A stretch of 64,000 nucleotides of DNA. It comes from Vitrella brassicaformis CCMP3155 (Eukaryota; Protista; Chromerida). The translations under genes and the position numbers were made by a program. The notes beneath the pieces are model-generated. The model worked only from the letters and a program-made list of their open reading frames with translations. It had not been told where the DNA came from and searched no databases. How positions within the stretch are numbered: the stretch's first letter is position 1; each line of letters begins with the position of its first letter. Shown piece after piece: positions 37,423-49,033 of the stretch. The stretch is from assembly GCA_001179505.1 (NCBI GenBank), contig CDMY01000759.1, positions 124,001 to 188,000 of the forward strand, given 5' to 3'.

Positions 37423-39015
37423 ATGCCAAAGTACGTCCGTCCTTGGGAGGACCCCCCGACCGGCGCCGACCCGCGGCCATCGTCGGAGGAAGAGGACCTG
37501 ACCGAGGAGGAATTCCAGGCGGCGATTCAGGAGAGGATCAACAGGTACAACAGGTCTTTAGTCTGTGGAGTGCCGCGCCGCACAGCCCCCGACCTCGTCA
37601 GCGCATTCGAGCGAAACCGGCGCGGCAAGGCTGCGGAGCTCCTCACAATTCGCGTAGAGATGACCGGTGTGCGTGTGGAGGGCAGCAAGATCTGGCGGCG
37701 GCTGCGTGTCCGCTCTGACCTCAATTTGGCCGCTATGGTACATAGAGGGAGGGACACACACGGAGAGGGAGGGAGGGAGGGAGAAAGGGCAACGGTACAC
37801 ACATCTGTGTGTCTGTCTGTGTGCGTGTGGTCATGTGTGCAGCACAAGAAGGTGCTGGTGCCGGCGATGGGATGGGCGCCCGACTACCACGGATACGGCT
37901 TTTTCCGCAAGCCGTATGACCGCTGTGGCCTGCGGATGGGCGTGGCCTTCGGCCCCACTGAGATGGACGACTTCATCGACCTCATGCACACACCCATGCA
38001 GGGCATAGAGATGCAAGACGCACGCCGAGTGAGTATTGGTGAAAAGGTCGCCGGCCGATGACGATTTTTCACTGCACCCTGTGTGGCTGCCTGTGTGTGA
38101 AGGTGCAACTCGGCGACCTCTTCACCGACGGCCGGTCCGAAGCGGTGTACGTGTACGACCTGGGCGACTTCTTCATCCACAGCCTGGTGCTCGAGCGACG
38201 CACAGACATCCCCACTGACACCACCGACACAGACAACAGCAGCCCCATCGCTGCCGAGCTGCTGGATGGCGCCAATGCTTGTCCGCCAGAGGACTGCCAC
38301 GGCAGCTACGGCTACGCCGAGATGCTCGACAAGATCGACGACGCGCGGCGGGCGGGTAGCCGCCGCAAACTCATCGACGCCATGGCCGAGGGCAACCACG
38401 CCGTCAACTACCCCAACCACGACTTCCACCCCACACGATTCGACCTCACACTTGCACAGAGCCGCGTCAAGGCCTTCTTCAAGCGTCCCGCCTTCGGGCA
38501 GGCCTCTGCTGAGCTCGGCCGCACGTGCGCGTGCGCACTGTGCCGGCGACGGGCAGGCCTCGCCACTGACGGCAAGATGGCGGGCATTCCCATCATGAGG
38601 TCGGGTGGCGGTGAGGCGGACGCGGCCGCTCGGCAGATGAGCAATTTGCAGAGGGGCAACGCCCAGTACTTTGGGCGGCAGGACGGCATTGCGTGCTGCG
38701 CCTTCTGTCTGGACCGGGAGCGCCCCTTCTCGACGCCATTCATGCGGTGCAGCAGGTGCAAGAGGGTCTACTACTGCTCTGTCGAGGTGGGTTAGTGCGC
38801 ACACACCATCTGCCCCCACACACGTGATATGCACCCCATCTCTCTCTGTGGGTGTGTGTGCGGGTGTGCAGTGTCAGCGGAAGGATTGGGGTGACCGTCA
38901 CAAGCAGCTGTGCAAGCCGGCCACCACAGACACCGAGACGGAAAGCAGCACACAGGAGGGGCTGTACTCGACAGTGATGGACTCGAAGCTCTGCAAGAAG
39001 GCCATGCAGAAGTAG
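37423..39015 (+). CDS. pRiA4b ORF-3-like (MM3350-like) domain fused to C-terminal MYND zinc finger
   Basis: IWRRLRVRSDLNLAAM|HKKVLVPAMGWAPDYHGYGF, YVYDLGDFFIHSLVLE and LLDGANACPPEDCHGSYGYAEML match the pRiA4b ORF3 pattern; CAFC...CSRCKRVYYCSVE|CQRKDWGDRHKQLC is a zf-MYND signature. Confidence 0.85.
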
Positions 39016-39207
39016 CCGACCCCACTACCCCACACCCCGCCCCCTCCCCGCCACACTAGACGGACTAGACTGACTCTTTCTTTCTTTCTCTCGTCGGCTT
39101 GTCGTATGTATCCATGTGTGTGTGTGTTGTGTTGGTTTGTACCGGTCGCTGACTCGCTAGCTGTCTGTCTGTCTGTCTGTCAACCGACACATGCAAACAC
39201 GGGAGGG

Positions 39208-39370
39208 CGGAAGGACTGGAGTGCGCGCCACAGGCGGCTGTGCAAGCCGGCGACCGACAACAGCACATAGACGGTGGCGAGAAGAAGAAGAGCATGCAGC
39301 AGTAGCCGACCCTCCTCCCTCTCAGACAGCCGCTCGCCCGTTGAGTAGCTACTGACTAGACTGACTCTCC
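39208..39370 (+). pseudogene. Degenerate duplicate of the MYND terminal exon and 3' flank of the preceding gene
   Basis: RKDWSARHRRLCKPATDNST* parallels RKDWGDRHKQLCKPATTDT; gcatgcagcagtagccgacc and gactagactgactct parallel 39001-39080; no clear acceptor. Confidence 0.6.
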
Positions 39371-40171
39371 CTCGTGTGCTTAAGTCGATGCTGTCTGTCG
39401 TGTTTGTCCTGTGTATACCTACCTGTTGTGTGTGGGTGAGGGACGGTTTTGTGTCACTCCCTGAGCTGCGTTGTCATGTCGCCCGCCGCCTTCAACTTGT
39501 CAGCTGCCCACTGACAATTACGGTGTGTCGGCCGATGAGTGGAGGGCTGGAGCGAAATGACAGTCAAGCCAGACAGGGAGGCCGCCACACACAACACACA
39601 CATCGGCAGAACGGGATGACCATCAGGTTTGGGTGGATGCACATGCGTTCATATAACTCCGTTTGGCCGTGCCGTGTGCTGTGGTGTTTCGTTTATCGTC
39701 TGTGCGTCTGCTTGGCGTCAGTGAGGTGACGTCTGCTCACGAGGGTTTGCCATGGGGGACGGACCCAATGTTTGTATATACCATGATTGAGAGAGAATCG
39801 TTGTGCGCAGAGGTTAAGATGATTGTCTTCTTTGTTTCCGTCCGTCCATCCACTCACATGCATCGTCACATCTGCTCCATGAGTCAGCTTGACAGCCAGA
39901 CAGCCAGCCAGCCATCCAGCCATCCACGGAGAGAGGCATCGGTCAGTCAGTCAGTCAATCAGTCGGCCAGTCAGCTGAGAGAGGTTGCTCGGGGTGTGGG
40001 CAAATCCGCCAACACCCACACCCCACCAGCCAGCGAGTGCGGCAGATCTACCACTGCTTATTAGCGGCACACCCCACGGCTGGGCAGCGACAGCACAGAC
40101 AGGCAGACAGGCAGGCAGACAGGCAGGCAGACAGGCCAAGCCGGGCAGGCAAGGGATAGCGCTTGGCGCCA

Positions 40172-40992
40172 TCAAAAGAACCACGGTTTGTTTTGCTCCG
40201 CAACGGGAGCGGCAATTTCCTTCACTCCACGTCCTTCGGCGGGATCCCTCTCGCCAGTGTAGTATTGCGTCTTGTAGTCTTTCTGCACAGAGACAGACAG
40301 ACAGACAGACAGACAAGTAGTCTGACGGTGAGATACTCTATCATGTACACGCTGTCTGTCTGTCTGTCTTCTTACGCAGCATTTGAGCCGCTCAGGCTTG
40401 AAGAGGGTCTTAGGGAACTTGACACACTTGCATCGGTATCCACCGAAGGCACCGGTGCCATCCACCGTTTTATGATCAGCGCACCAGTCACCCTCCTTCT
40501 TGTCCTCGCAGGAGCCATTGCATTCTGCACCATGGCATGCAGCACATACATCCACATGGATGAAATGAGTGTGCGTGCCCCTCTCTCCCTCCCTCCGCCC
40601 GCACCGCAATGTCCAGTCTCCTGTTCAACAATGTCCTGGACGTGCTCAAGGGCCTTCACGGTGGCCTCCCGTGCGGCGATGCTGGCATGCACCGTGGCCG
40701 TAGCGTGCTCCATCTGTTGCTGCACCAGGGACAGCTCACCTGCACAAAGACATCACCCAGGACATCACGCTAAGGAATGCATGCACGTCTCGATGGGCCA
40801 TGCAGTGCCTTGCAGTTGCTCATGGGCCTTGGAGTTCGACGTGCCTGGAATCACAGAGCCCCCAAAGTGCACAATTGGCGGTGCGCTGGAACCTTCATGA
40901 CACATCGGCCTACCCGCGGCGACAGCACACACCGTGACCAGCAGGCCCTGGGCCAGCAGGAGCGGCAGAGCGATTTTGACGACGACAGCCAT
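40172..40992 (-). CDS. Small secreted protein: signal peptide, short coiled coil, 8-cysteine C-terminal module
   Basis: MAVVVKIALPLLLAQGLLVTVCAVAAG signal; ELSLVQQQMEHATATVHASIAAREATVKALEHVQDIVEQETGHC|ECNGSCEDKKEGDWCADHKTVDGTGAFGGYRCKCVKFPKTLFKPERLKCC|KDYKTQYY...KPWFF*; first donor ambiguous. Confidence 0.65.
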
Positions 40993-41082
40993 TGCAAATC
41001 GCAGCACCTGGGAATTGCGATTTGCAATTGCGATTTGCAATGCTCCAAAACCTTACTTGTGTGGGATGCGCCGCCGACCAGC

Positions 41083-41099
41083 TGCGAGCTATGCGAGCT
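41083..41099 (+). promoter_or_regulatory. Tandem pair of TGCGAGCT elements
   Basis: tgcgagct-a-tgcgagct about 90 bp upstream of ATG 40992(-). Confidence 0.5.
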
Positions 41100-42917
41100 G
41101 CGGAGGAGGAAAACGCAGCCGTCGGAAAACGATGCTACCCAACTGTTGACCCGGGAGCCACACCCCTCGTCGATGAGGTGCGCGCACAGAGGAGATGTAC
41201 ATCTCATGTGATGTTACCGTTTCTGCGTGGCTTGTGAACGCAGGTGTGCATGCGGACGGTGGCGGGGCGAGTGACTGATGCGCATTTCCCAAGACCCTCC
41301 GGCTTCGCAAGCGCGTCAACACTCACCCCACTCGCCGTCGGCTGCCGTCGCCACGCAGCGAGTCTGTCTGACGCTGCTGCTCGTGTACAAGACAGATCGG
41401 CCGATGCGTCGACTGGCTGATGCTGACCTGAGTCGCTTTCTCTGTCGCGTGAATGCATGACTGGCTGTGGAGAACTGGGTGTTTTTTCGGTCGGTCGTGT
41501 CAGCTGTCTGCATCGTCACGTTGGCTGCGCTGTTCCGTTTGCTGTCTCTTCGAGCTGAGTGTGACGTTTGCTCTCGAGAGTTGCCTCATCTTTCGTTGAT
41601 GCACACGTCTCACTCGGCCGACGCACAGACAGACAGGCGAACAGGCCAGCAACCACACACACAAACACCCTCATACACACACGTGTCTTCCCCTCTGTCG
41701 TGTGTGGTACCTCCCTCAGTAATCCAAGAGTGGCAGCATGTGAATGTGTTTGTCGTTTTGAGATTGCCGATGGCCGTGACATGCACACAAGGGGGAGGTG
41801 CGAGTGCACAATGGACTCAACACGCAGCAATGTTTTCTCTTCCTTGCTCGATTGGGTGACGGATGTGCACATGGATGGATGGATGGATGGATGGGCGGAT
41901 GCGACGTGAAGAGCGCTTGTTGGTGTCCTGCCACTCGTGTCGATACAATACATGCAGCTAAGCGATCCTGCCTTGACGATTTGCTGTGGGCTGTGTGTCT
42001 GCCTGTCGATTAAGGGGCATTTTGTAGTGAGTGGGTCGCAAAAAGACTGATTTCTGCGTTGACCTGTCGGTTGTTCTCCTGCGTTTACATCTGTTTTGCC
42101 ACCTCTATCTCACTGCATCTAACTCGTGACGGAGCAACGCTAGAGCACCAGCACAGCGACAGTGTTGGTGTTGTCACGTTGCTGTGTCATGGGTGCGATG
42201 CAATGAGGGAGGATGGGAGGAATGAATGGATGGATGGATTCTATGGTGACTGAATCATCCAAACACTGGCGGAATTCAAGCCGCAGGTGTAACACACACG
42301 GAAACACGATACACATCGATGTTGAGAACAAACGGTCAGGCACTCAAATCCGTCACCCACACACGCAGTAAGCATCCATCCATCAATCCATCCATCCATT
42401 CATATCCATTCATCCAATCACTTGGCGTTCTCCTTGCCATTCGTCTCATTCGCCGCCTTGGTCACAGCCACGTCAATCTTGTACCATGTGCATCAAAATG
42501 GGTATCAGGTTGACCGTGTCCTTCCCACTGCCCGATGCACCAACCCCCCCACCACCAGCAGCACCAGCACCGGCAGGGGGCGGCTGTGGTGTGGTTGTCT
42601 GCTCCTGTTTCTCCTTTCTCTCAACCTTGTCTCTCTCTCTGCACACGCCCCGGTGGCATACGCACCAGGCAGTGAGCACACAACACATGGACTGAACACC
42701 CCTATCTGTCCAGGTATGCATCTTCCTCTGTGTTGCTGGCGTGCAGGTTGGATCACCAGACCCCTCCCCGCCTTCGAGATGCAGATCTCTCTTGCTTCGC
42801 CTACCTGCTGTGCTCGGCTGCCCTGTAGCCATAACCGGCAAGTCGACAATGCTCTGCCAGCCCTGAGTTCAATTGGTCACGTGGCCCTCCCTACAAGTGA
42901 TTGGTCGACAAAGCTCT

Positions 42918-43072
42918 AATGGTCGAACCGAGACATTAGAGAAATCGCTTGTGTCTCAGCCCGATGGCTGTCCCATTCACAGTCGTCATGGAAAAATATG
43001 AAACAAGGAAATATGAAGTGGTCCCTCGTCTGTCCATAAACCACAAAATATAAAATGTAGGCAGAGATACCC
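42918..43072 (-). repeat. Dispersed repeat, copy 2 (inverted relative to 6661-6799), about 110 bp downstream of the stop at 43184
   Basis: accgagacattagaga ... cttgtgtctcagcccgatgg ... gtcgtcatg ... atatgaaaca ... aaatataaaatgtaggcagagat is the reverse complement of the 6.7-kb copy. Confidence 0.85.
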
Positions 43073-43183
43073 ATTGTTGTCTGTGACTTCACACGCATGT
43101 AGGCCAGCCGGCAGACAAGTGTGGCTAGAGTGTGTGTCACGGCGTGTGTGATCATCAACCATTCATTCACCGGGGACGTCACA

Positions 43184-45353
43184 CTATGGCACCGAGCCAG
43201 AGGGATATATCATCCCCGACCAGTCCCGCACCAGCTGCTTGAGCAGCTTTGCTGCCCTCCCCACCCCCTCGTCCGTCCTGTACTGTGGGTTGGTGTCCAG
43301 CAGCAGCTCCGCGACGATGACGGCTGCGGCGTAGGTGAGGGTGAAGGTGGGGTCGGCCTCCTTCATGGCCAGCAGTGCCCTGATGACCGCCTCGTCGGGG
43401 TCGTGGGAGGGGGGAGATGATGAAGACGACGATGGGGGCTGGTCTTCACTGGCAGCTGGTGGTGGTGTTTGGCTGCTGAAGGCCTGCTGCCGCCGCTTGC
43501 TGGGGGTGATGCCGTGCTTGGCATTGACGGCCTCCTTGATGGGCTTCAGACCCTCCTTCAGCAGCTGCTTCCCGTTGAGGCTGTCTTCCGCCACGGTCTT
43601 GGTGCACAGCACTGCACGACGCTGCCAGGCGCGCTGCGAGACCGCCGTCTTGCCCTCCTCCTTCGCCTTGTCGACCTGCTCCATCAGCGACTCGAACAGC
43701 TGCGAGTCGAAGGCGTGGCAGTAGTACTGGCACCAGTCCGGGGCAAACTGGCTCTTCCACTTGGCGTCTTGGACAGTGGACAGGCCGGCAGCAGGCTCGC
43801 CGCCACGCCCCCAATCATCCACCAGTCGTCTGCAGGCTGCCATCCGGGGTATCCCCAGGCGCGCTTGCAGTTTGTCACCAGGCCATCAGAATATAAAATG
43901 TAAGCAGCGATCTGCACATACCACAGAGTCATATGTGCAGAGACATAACGAGGCGCCCGATGCTTGCCTACCTTTTGTGGCGTTTGTGCTCTCCCCTCTC
44001 CTGCCTTGTCATTAAGGCAGGTAATAAGGCTGCTGGGGTCGTGTGGTGCTGGTGGGTCGGTGGATGACGAGCTGCTGCTGGTGTGTGAGGGGGTGCTGCT
44101 GCGGAACATGGCCTGCTTGATGGGGGCGGGGGCGTTCGTGAGGGCGTTGATGATGGCCGTCTCGACCGGCACCGCCCTGTTCTTGCCGCCCTTGGTTATC
44201 AGGCTCCCCTCGTCCTGGCCTGCGGCGTCGATGAAGGTCGGGATGGGCACGATGAGCTTCGTGGTGCCACCGGCGACCAGCTGGACGTCCACCCGGACAA
44301 ATTCTACTAGGATGTTGTCATAGGTGGCATCCGTCGACACAAATTTCGAGCTGGCGGGCTGCTGCTCGGCCGTCTCCACCGCGCTTACGCCATCCGCCAT
44401 GCTACTCAAGGTCTCGGCCACCTTAAACACACGCACCTAAGCGAAGCACACAACCACACACAGACCGACCAAGCAATGAATGACCCACCTTTATGTGAGT
44501 TGCGAGACTGCCTTTTGTCCCGTGTGGTGTCATGAACTCACCGCATGCATAGCGATGCCCTTCTCGAGGAGGTCGATGACCGAGAAGACGGCAGCGACCT
44601 CCCACTCCCACTCACTGTCCACCCCCAGGTCCTCCCGCAAGATTCGCCTTATGCGCTTTCCATCGGCCATCTGCACACCGGCCATGTAGCGGCGGTGGAC
44701 CGGCTCACCGCTCCCCAGCCCCAGCCCCGCCTCATCCGCCTTCTTGCCCAGCACTGGCAGCACGGAGGCGTCTCCCGGGGGAAACAACAGCACCTTCAGT
44801 GCCAGGAAGCTGCCGTGCGGGCAACGCTTGGCGTCCTCCTCGCTGTGGAGGTCCTCCACCACGGCCACTTCGCTCGCAGCCTCCTGCCCCGGCTGCATGG
44901 CCTGCCCCTCCCCGCTCGCAACGAACAGGGAGTAGATGGGCCCGCCGAGGCAGTAGAGGTTCTGCGCCCGCCGATATTCGCCTCTGATAAGGGCGTCCTC
45001 GATCGCGGGGCGGACCGTTTGCGGAACCACGCCCTTCCGGTAGGCCACCTGATCGCTGGGGGTGGGCAGCGGTGCGTCGGTCGGGCGGGTCCTGGCGCCG
45101 TGTGCCCTGGTCAGCAGGTACAAGTACGCCGCCTCAATGCGCTCCTTGCGCGACCTGGCGACCTTCCTGACGCAGGGGAGTGTGTGGTGGCCGTTGTGCA
45201 GCTGACTGAAGAACACGTTGTTCCTGGACACCCCGATGCCGTCAGGCGACTTGAACTTGTCAGTGACCGTCCAGGTGGCGGCAGCTGACGGCAGGGCCAC
45301 AGACACAGGGGCCTCTGGCGTCACGTCTGATCGATGAATGACACACATAATAC
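43184..45353 (-). CDS. 3' portion of an uncharacterised multi-exon gene (family member A), with a 1-nt frameshift near 43788; 5' portion continues at 47805-48923
   Basis: Long ORFs 44530-45348, 43964-44436 and 43184-43843 linked by GT-AG introns; ...PADDWWMIGGVAASLL/[shift]/TVQDAKWKSQFAPDWCQYYCHAFDSQLFE...RDWSGMIYPSGSVP*. Confidence 0.6.
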
Positions 45354-45653
45354 NNNNNNNNNNNNNNNNNNNNNNNNNNNNNNNNNNNNNNNNNNNNNNN
45401 NNNNNNNNNNNNNNNNNNNNNNNNNNNNNNNNNNNNNNNNNNNNNNNNNNNNNNNNNNNNNNNNNNNNNNNNNNNNNNNNNNNNNNNNNNNNNNNNNNNN
45501 NNNNNNNNNNNNNNNNNNNNNNNNNNNNNNNNNNNNNNNNNNNNNNNNNNNNNNNNNNNNNNNNNNNNNNNNNNNNNNNNNNNNNNNNNNNNNNNNNNNN
45601 NNNNNNNNNNNNNNNNNNNNNNNNNNNNNNNNNNNNNNNNNNNNNNNNNNNNN
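45354..45653. other. Scaffold gap (300 N)
   Basis: N run at the inversion junction. Confidence 1.
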
Positions 45654-46586
45654 GCAGGCCATGTTCCGCAGCAGCACCCCCTCACACACCAGCAGCAGCT
45701 CGTCATCCACCGACCCACCAGCACCACACGACCCCAGCAGCCTTATTACCTGCCTTAATGACAAGGCAGGAGAGGGGAGAGCACAAACGCCACAAAAGGT
45801 AGGCAAGCATCGGGCGCCTCGTTATGTCTCTGCACATATGACTCTGTGGTATGTGCAGATCGCTGCTTACATTTTATATTCTGATGGCCTGGTGACAAAC
45901 TGCAAGCGCGCCTGGGGATACCCCGGATGGCAGCCTGCAGACGACTGGTGGATGATTGGGGGCGTGGCGGCGAGCCTGCTGGCCGGCCTGGAGACTGTCC
46001 AAGACGCCAAGTGGAAGAGCCAGTTTGCCCCGGACTGGTGCCAGTACTACTGCCACGCCTTCGACTCGCAGCTGTTCGAGTCGCTGATGGAGCAGGTCGA
46101 CAAGGCGAAGGAGGAGGGCAAGACGGCGGTCTCGCAGCGCGCCTGGCAGCGTCGTGCGGTGCTGTGCACGAGGACGGTGTTGGAAGAGAGCTTCAACGGG
46201 AAGGAGCTGCTGAACTCCCGTCTAGAGGACATCAAGGAGGCCGTCAACACCAAGCACCGCATCGACCCCAGCAAGCGGCAGCAGGCCTTCAGCAGCCCAT
46301 CACCACCACCAGCTGCCAGTGACGACCAGCCCCATCGTCGTCATCACCTGCCTCTCCCCCCTCCCACAACCCAGACGAGGCGGTCATCCGGGCGCTGCTG
46401 GCCATGAAGGAGGCCGACCGCAACTTCAAACTCACCCACGCCGCAGCCATCATCGTCGCGGAGCTGCTGCTGGACCCCAACCCACAGCACAGGACCGACG
46501 AGGCGGCGGGGAGGGCAGCAAAGCTGCTCAAGCAGCTGGTGCGGGAGTGGGCGAAGATGATTTATCCTTCTGCCTCGGTCGCATAG
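45654..46586 (+). pseudogene. Inverted paralogous fragment (family member B) corresponding to 44116-43184, with a 1-nt frameshift near 46330
   Basis: Near-identical to copy A in the 5' part, diverged at the 3' end (RTVLEESFNGKELLNSRLEDIKEAVNTKHRI vs KTVAEDSLNGKQLLKEGLKPIKEAVNAKHGI); starts at a gap edge. Confidence 0.6.
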
Positions 46587-47181
46587 CATAGTGTGGTGTG
46601 TTGTCCGTGTTGTGTGGTGTGCTGTCTGTGTTGATGCGTGTATCCACCCAGCCCCACGCACTTTTTTCAATTCGTCTGCCGCCCTGCCTGCCTCTCTGCC
46701 TGCCTGTGGTCCGTGTCGGTCGGTCGATTGATGTCCGTCTGTCTGTCTGTCTGAGAGTGGAGGGCCGTACATCTCTCTGAACCTCTGGCGTTGGGGGCGT
46801 GCCGTAGCGATGCGTGGAAGGGCCAAAGGGGCGCGGGCAGCGAGGAGGTGCAGCCGGCGCCCTTGGGCATGAGGGGACATGCCCTTCGGCATTGAGATCA
46901 GGGATAGCGATGACGAGAATGCAACCAGACTGACACGTAAGGCACACGTGGGAGGGATGGAGGGCGAGACGGGACAATGACGATCTGATCTGATCTGATG
47001 GGTGCCGGTCTGTGTCTGCAGCCTTTGTGTGGGGTAGCATATATAGCAAGAAGGACGCCGCCAACGAGGGCGACGAAAGCGCCGACGAGAGCCAAGACGG
47101 TAAGCACCGCACACCACACAGGGATGGCATGGTGTGGCGTCCCGTGATATAGTGAGCTGTGTCGGTCTGGCTATTTGTGTG

Positions 47182-47504
47182 CGACCCCAGCAGCCTTATT
47201 ACCTGCCTTAATGACAAGGCAGGAGAGGGGAGAGCACAAACGCCACAAAAGGTAGGCAAGCATCGGGCGCCTCGTTATGTCTCTGCACATATGACTCTGT
47301 GGTATGTGCAGATCGCTGCTTACATTTTATATTCTGATGGCCTGGTGACAAACTGCAAGCGCGCCTGGGGATACCCCGGATGGCAGCCTGCAGACGACTG
47401 GTGGATGATTGGGGGCGTGGCGGCGAGCCTGCTGGCCGGCCTGGAGACTGTCCAAGACGCCAAGTGGAAGAGCCAGTTTGCCCCGGACTGGTGCCAGTAC
47501 TACT
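47182..47504 (+). repeat. Third partial copy of the family exon/intron segment (equals 45729-46051)
   Basis: Matching sequence at offset 1453, from cgaccccagcagcc to ggtgccagtactact; ends at a gap. Confidence 0.9.
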
Positions 47505-47804
47505 NNNNNNNNNNNNNNNNNNNNNNNNNNNNNNNNNNNNNNNNNNNNNNNNNNNNNNNNNNNNNNNNNNNNNNNNNNNNNNNNNNNNNNNNNNNNNNNN
47601 NNNNNNNNNNNNNNNNNNNNNNNNNNNNNNNNNNNNNNNNNNNNNNNNNNNNNNNNNNNNNNNNNNNNNNNNNNNNNNNNNNNNNNNNNNNNNNNNNNNN
47701 NNNNNNNNNNNNNNNNNNNNNNNNNNNNNNNNNNNNNNNNNNNNNNNNNNNNNNNNNNNNNNNNNNNNNNNNNNNNNNNNNNNNNNNNNNNNNNNNNNNN
47801 NNNN
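47505..47804. other. Scaffold gap (300 N)
   Basis: N run at the inversion junction. Confidence 1.
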
Positions 47805-48923
47805 GGCGGTGGACCGGCTCACCGCTCCCCAGCCCCAGCCCCGCCTCATCCGCCTTCTTGCCCAGCACTGGCAGCACGGAGGCGTCTCCCGGGGGAAACA
47901 ACAGCACCTTCAGTGCCAGGAAGCTGCCGTGCGGGCAACGCTTGGCGTCCTCCTCGCTGTGGAGGTCCTCCACCACGGCCACTTCGCTCGCAGCCTCCTG
48001 CCCCGGCTGCATGGCCTGCCCCTCCCCGCTCGCAACGAACAGGGAGTAGATGGGCCCGCCGAGGCAGTAGAGGTTCTGCGCCCGCCGATATTCGCCTCTG
48101 ATAAGGGCGTCCTCGATCGCGGGGCGGACCGTTTGCGGAACCACGCCCTTCCGGTAGGCCACCTGATCGCTGGGGGTGGGCAGCGGTGCGTCGGTCGGGC
48201 GGGTCCTGGCGCCGTGTGCCCTGGTCAGCAGGTACAAGTACGCCGCCTCAATGCGCTCCTTGCGCGACCTGGCGACCTTCCTGACGCAGGGGAGTGTGTG
48301 GTGGCCGTTGTGCAGCTGACTGAAGAACACGTTGTTCCTGGACACCCCGATGCCGTCAGGCGACTTGAACTTGTCAGTGACCGTCCAGGTGGCGGCAGCT
48401 GACGGCAGGGCCACAGACACAGGGGCCTCTGGCGTCACGTCTGATCGATGAATGACACACATAATACACAAAGGACGAACACATGAATCACCGTGTGTAC
48501 ATGCCCGTCCGTCTCATCGATCCGGTTTTGTGATGTGTCATGTGACGTACCCAGTGCTGCGATGTCCCGCTGCAGCCGGCTGGCGGGGTGCCCTTCATCG
48601 GCGGCAGCCGTCTGGCCAGCCACGTTGCCCCTCTCCTCCTCGCTCAACTCACCGCCGCTCCTCTCTGGGCGTGAAATCGACGAGCGGACAGGACACGATG
48701 TGATAGAGTGTGTGTAGTGTGTGTATTGTGGGGGGTCCGGCGTACACTTGTGGGGCAGGCAGGTCGCCCGCAGGCACTGGCGGGGCACCACAACTGAAGC
48801 TGAAATACACAGAGCACACAAAGCATCGAATACATACCCGCCCACCCACCCACCCACCCACGCGACCTTTTGCTCACCATTCTCTTTATGCCCTGGCAGT
48901 CTCCTCTCTCTTCTCCTTCTCAT
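47805..48923 (-). CDS. 5' portion of the uncharacterised family gene; 47805-48467 duplicates 44691-45353
   Basis: Apparently identical 663-bp overlap at offset 3114; upstream exons (MRRRRERRLPGHKENGEQK; ERSGGELSEEERGNVAGQTAAADEGHPASRLQRDIAALG) lead to ATG 48923. Confidence 0.55.
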
Positions 48924-49033
48924 GCGCGGCCTAAAGCAAAGGTAGAAGGCAAAATATATAGCCTCGTCCGGTCATTTCACCAGCACCTCTGGTGTGTGAC
49001 GCCTCCCTCACTCACCCCGTTTGACGACGCTCG

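Noticed and set aside
12213-40790. TGCATGCA (known ApiAP2 motif) at about 12213, 37260 and 40780
   Set aside because: Occurs in a 3' intergenic region and an intron as well as a promoter; no positional enrichment
42422-42919. ORFs 42422-42919(+) and 42473-42841(-)
   Set aside because: Low-complexity, no splice chain, no domain; likely intergenic
46750-47105. Exon-like fragments (DMPFGIEIRDSDDENATRLT|gtaagg; KKDAANEGDESADESQD|gtaagc)
   Set aside because: Flanked by stops with no in-frame connection to neighbours; may be relics but cannot be supported
43184-48923. Inverted copies as terminal inverted repeats of a DNA transposon
   Set aside because: The inverted segments are coding paralogues bounded by gaps; no TIR ends, TSD or DDE motif identified
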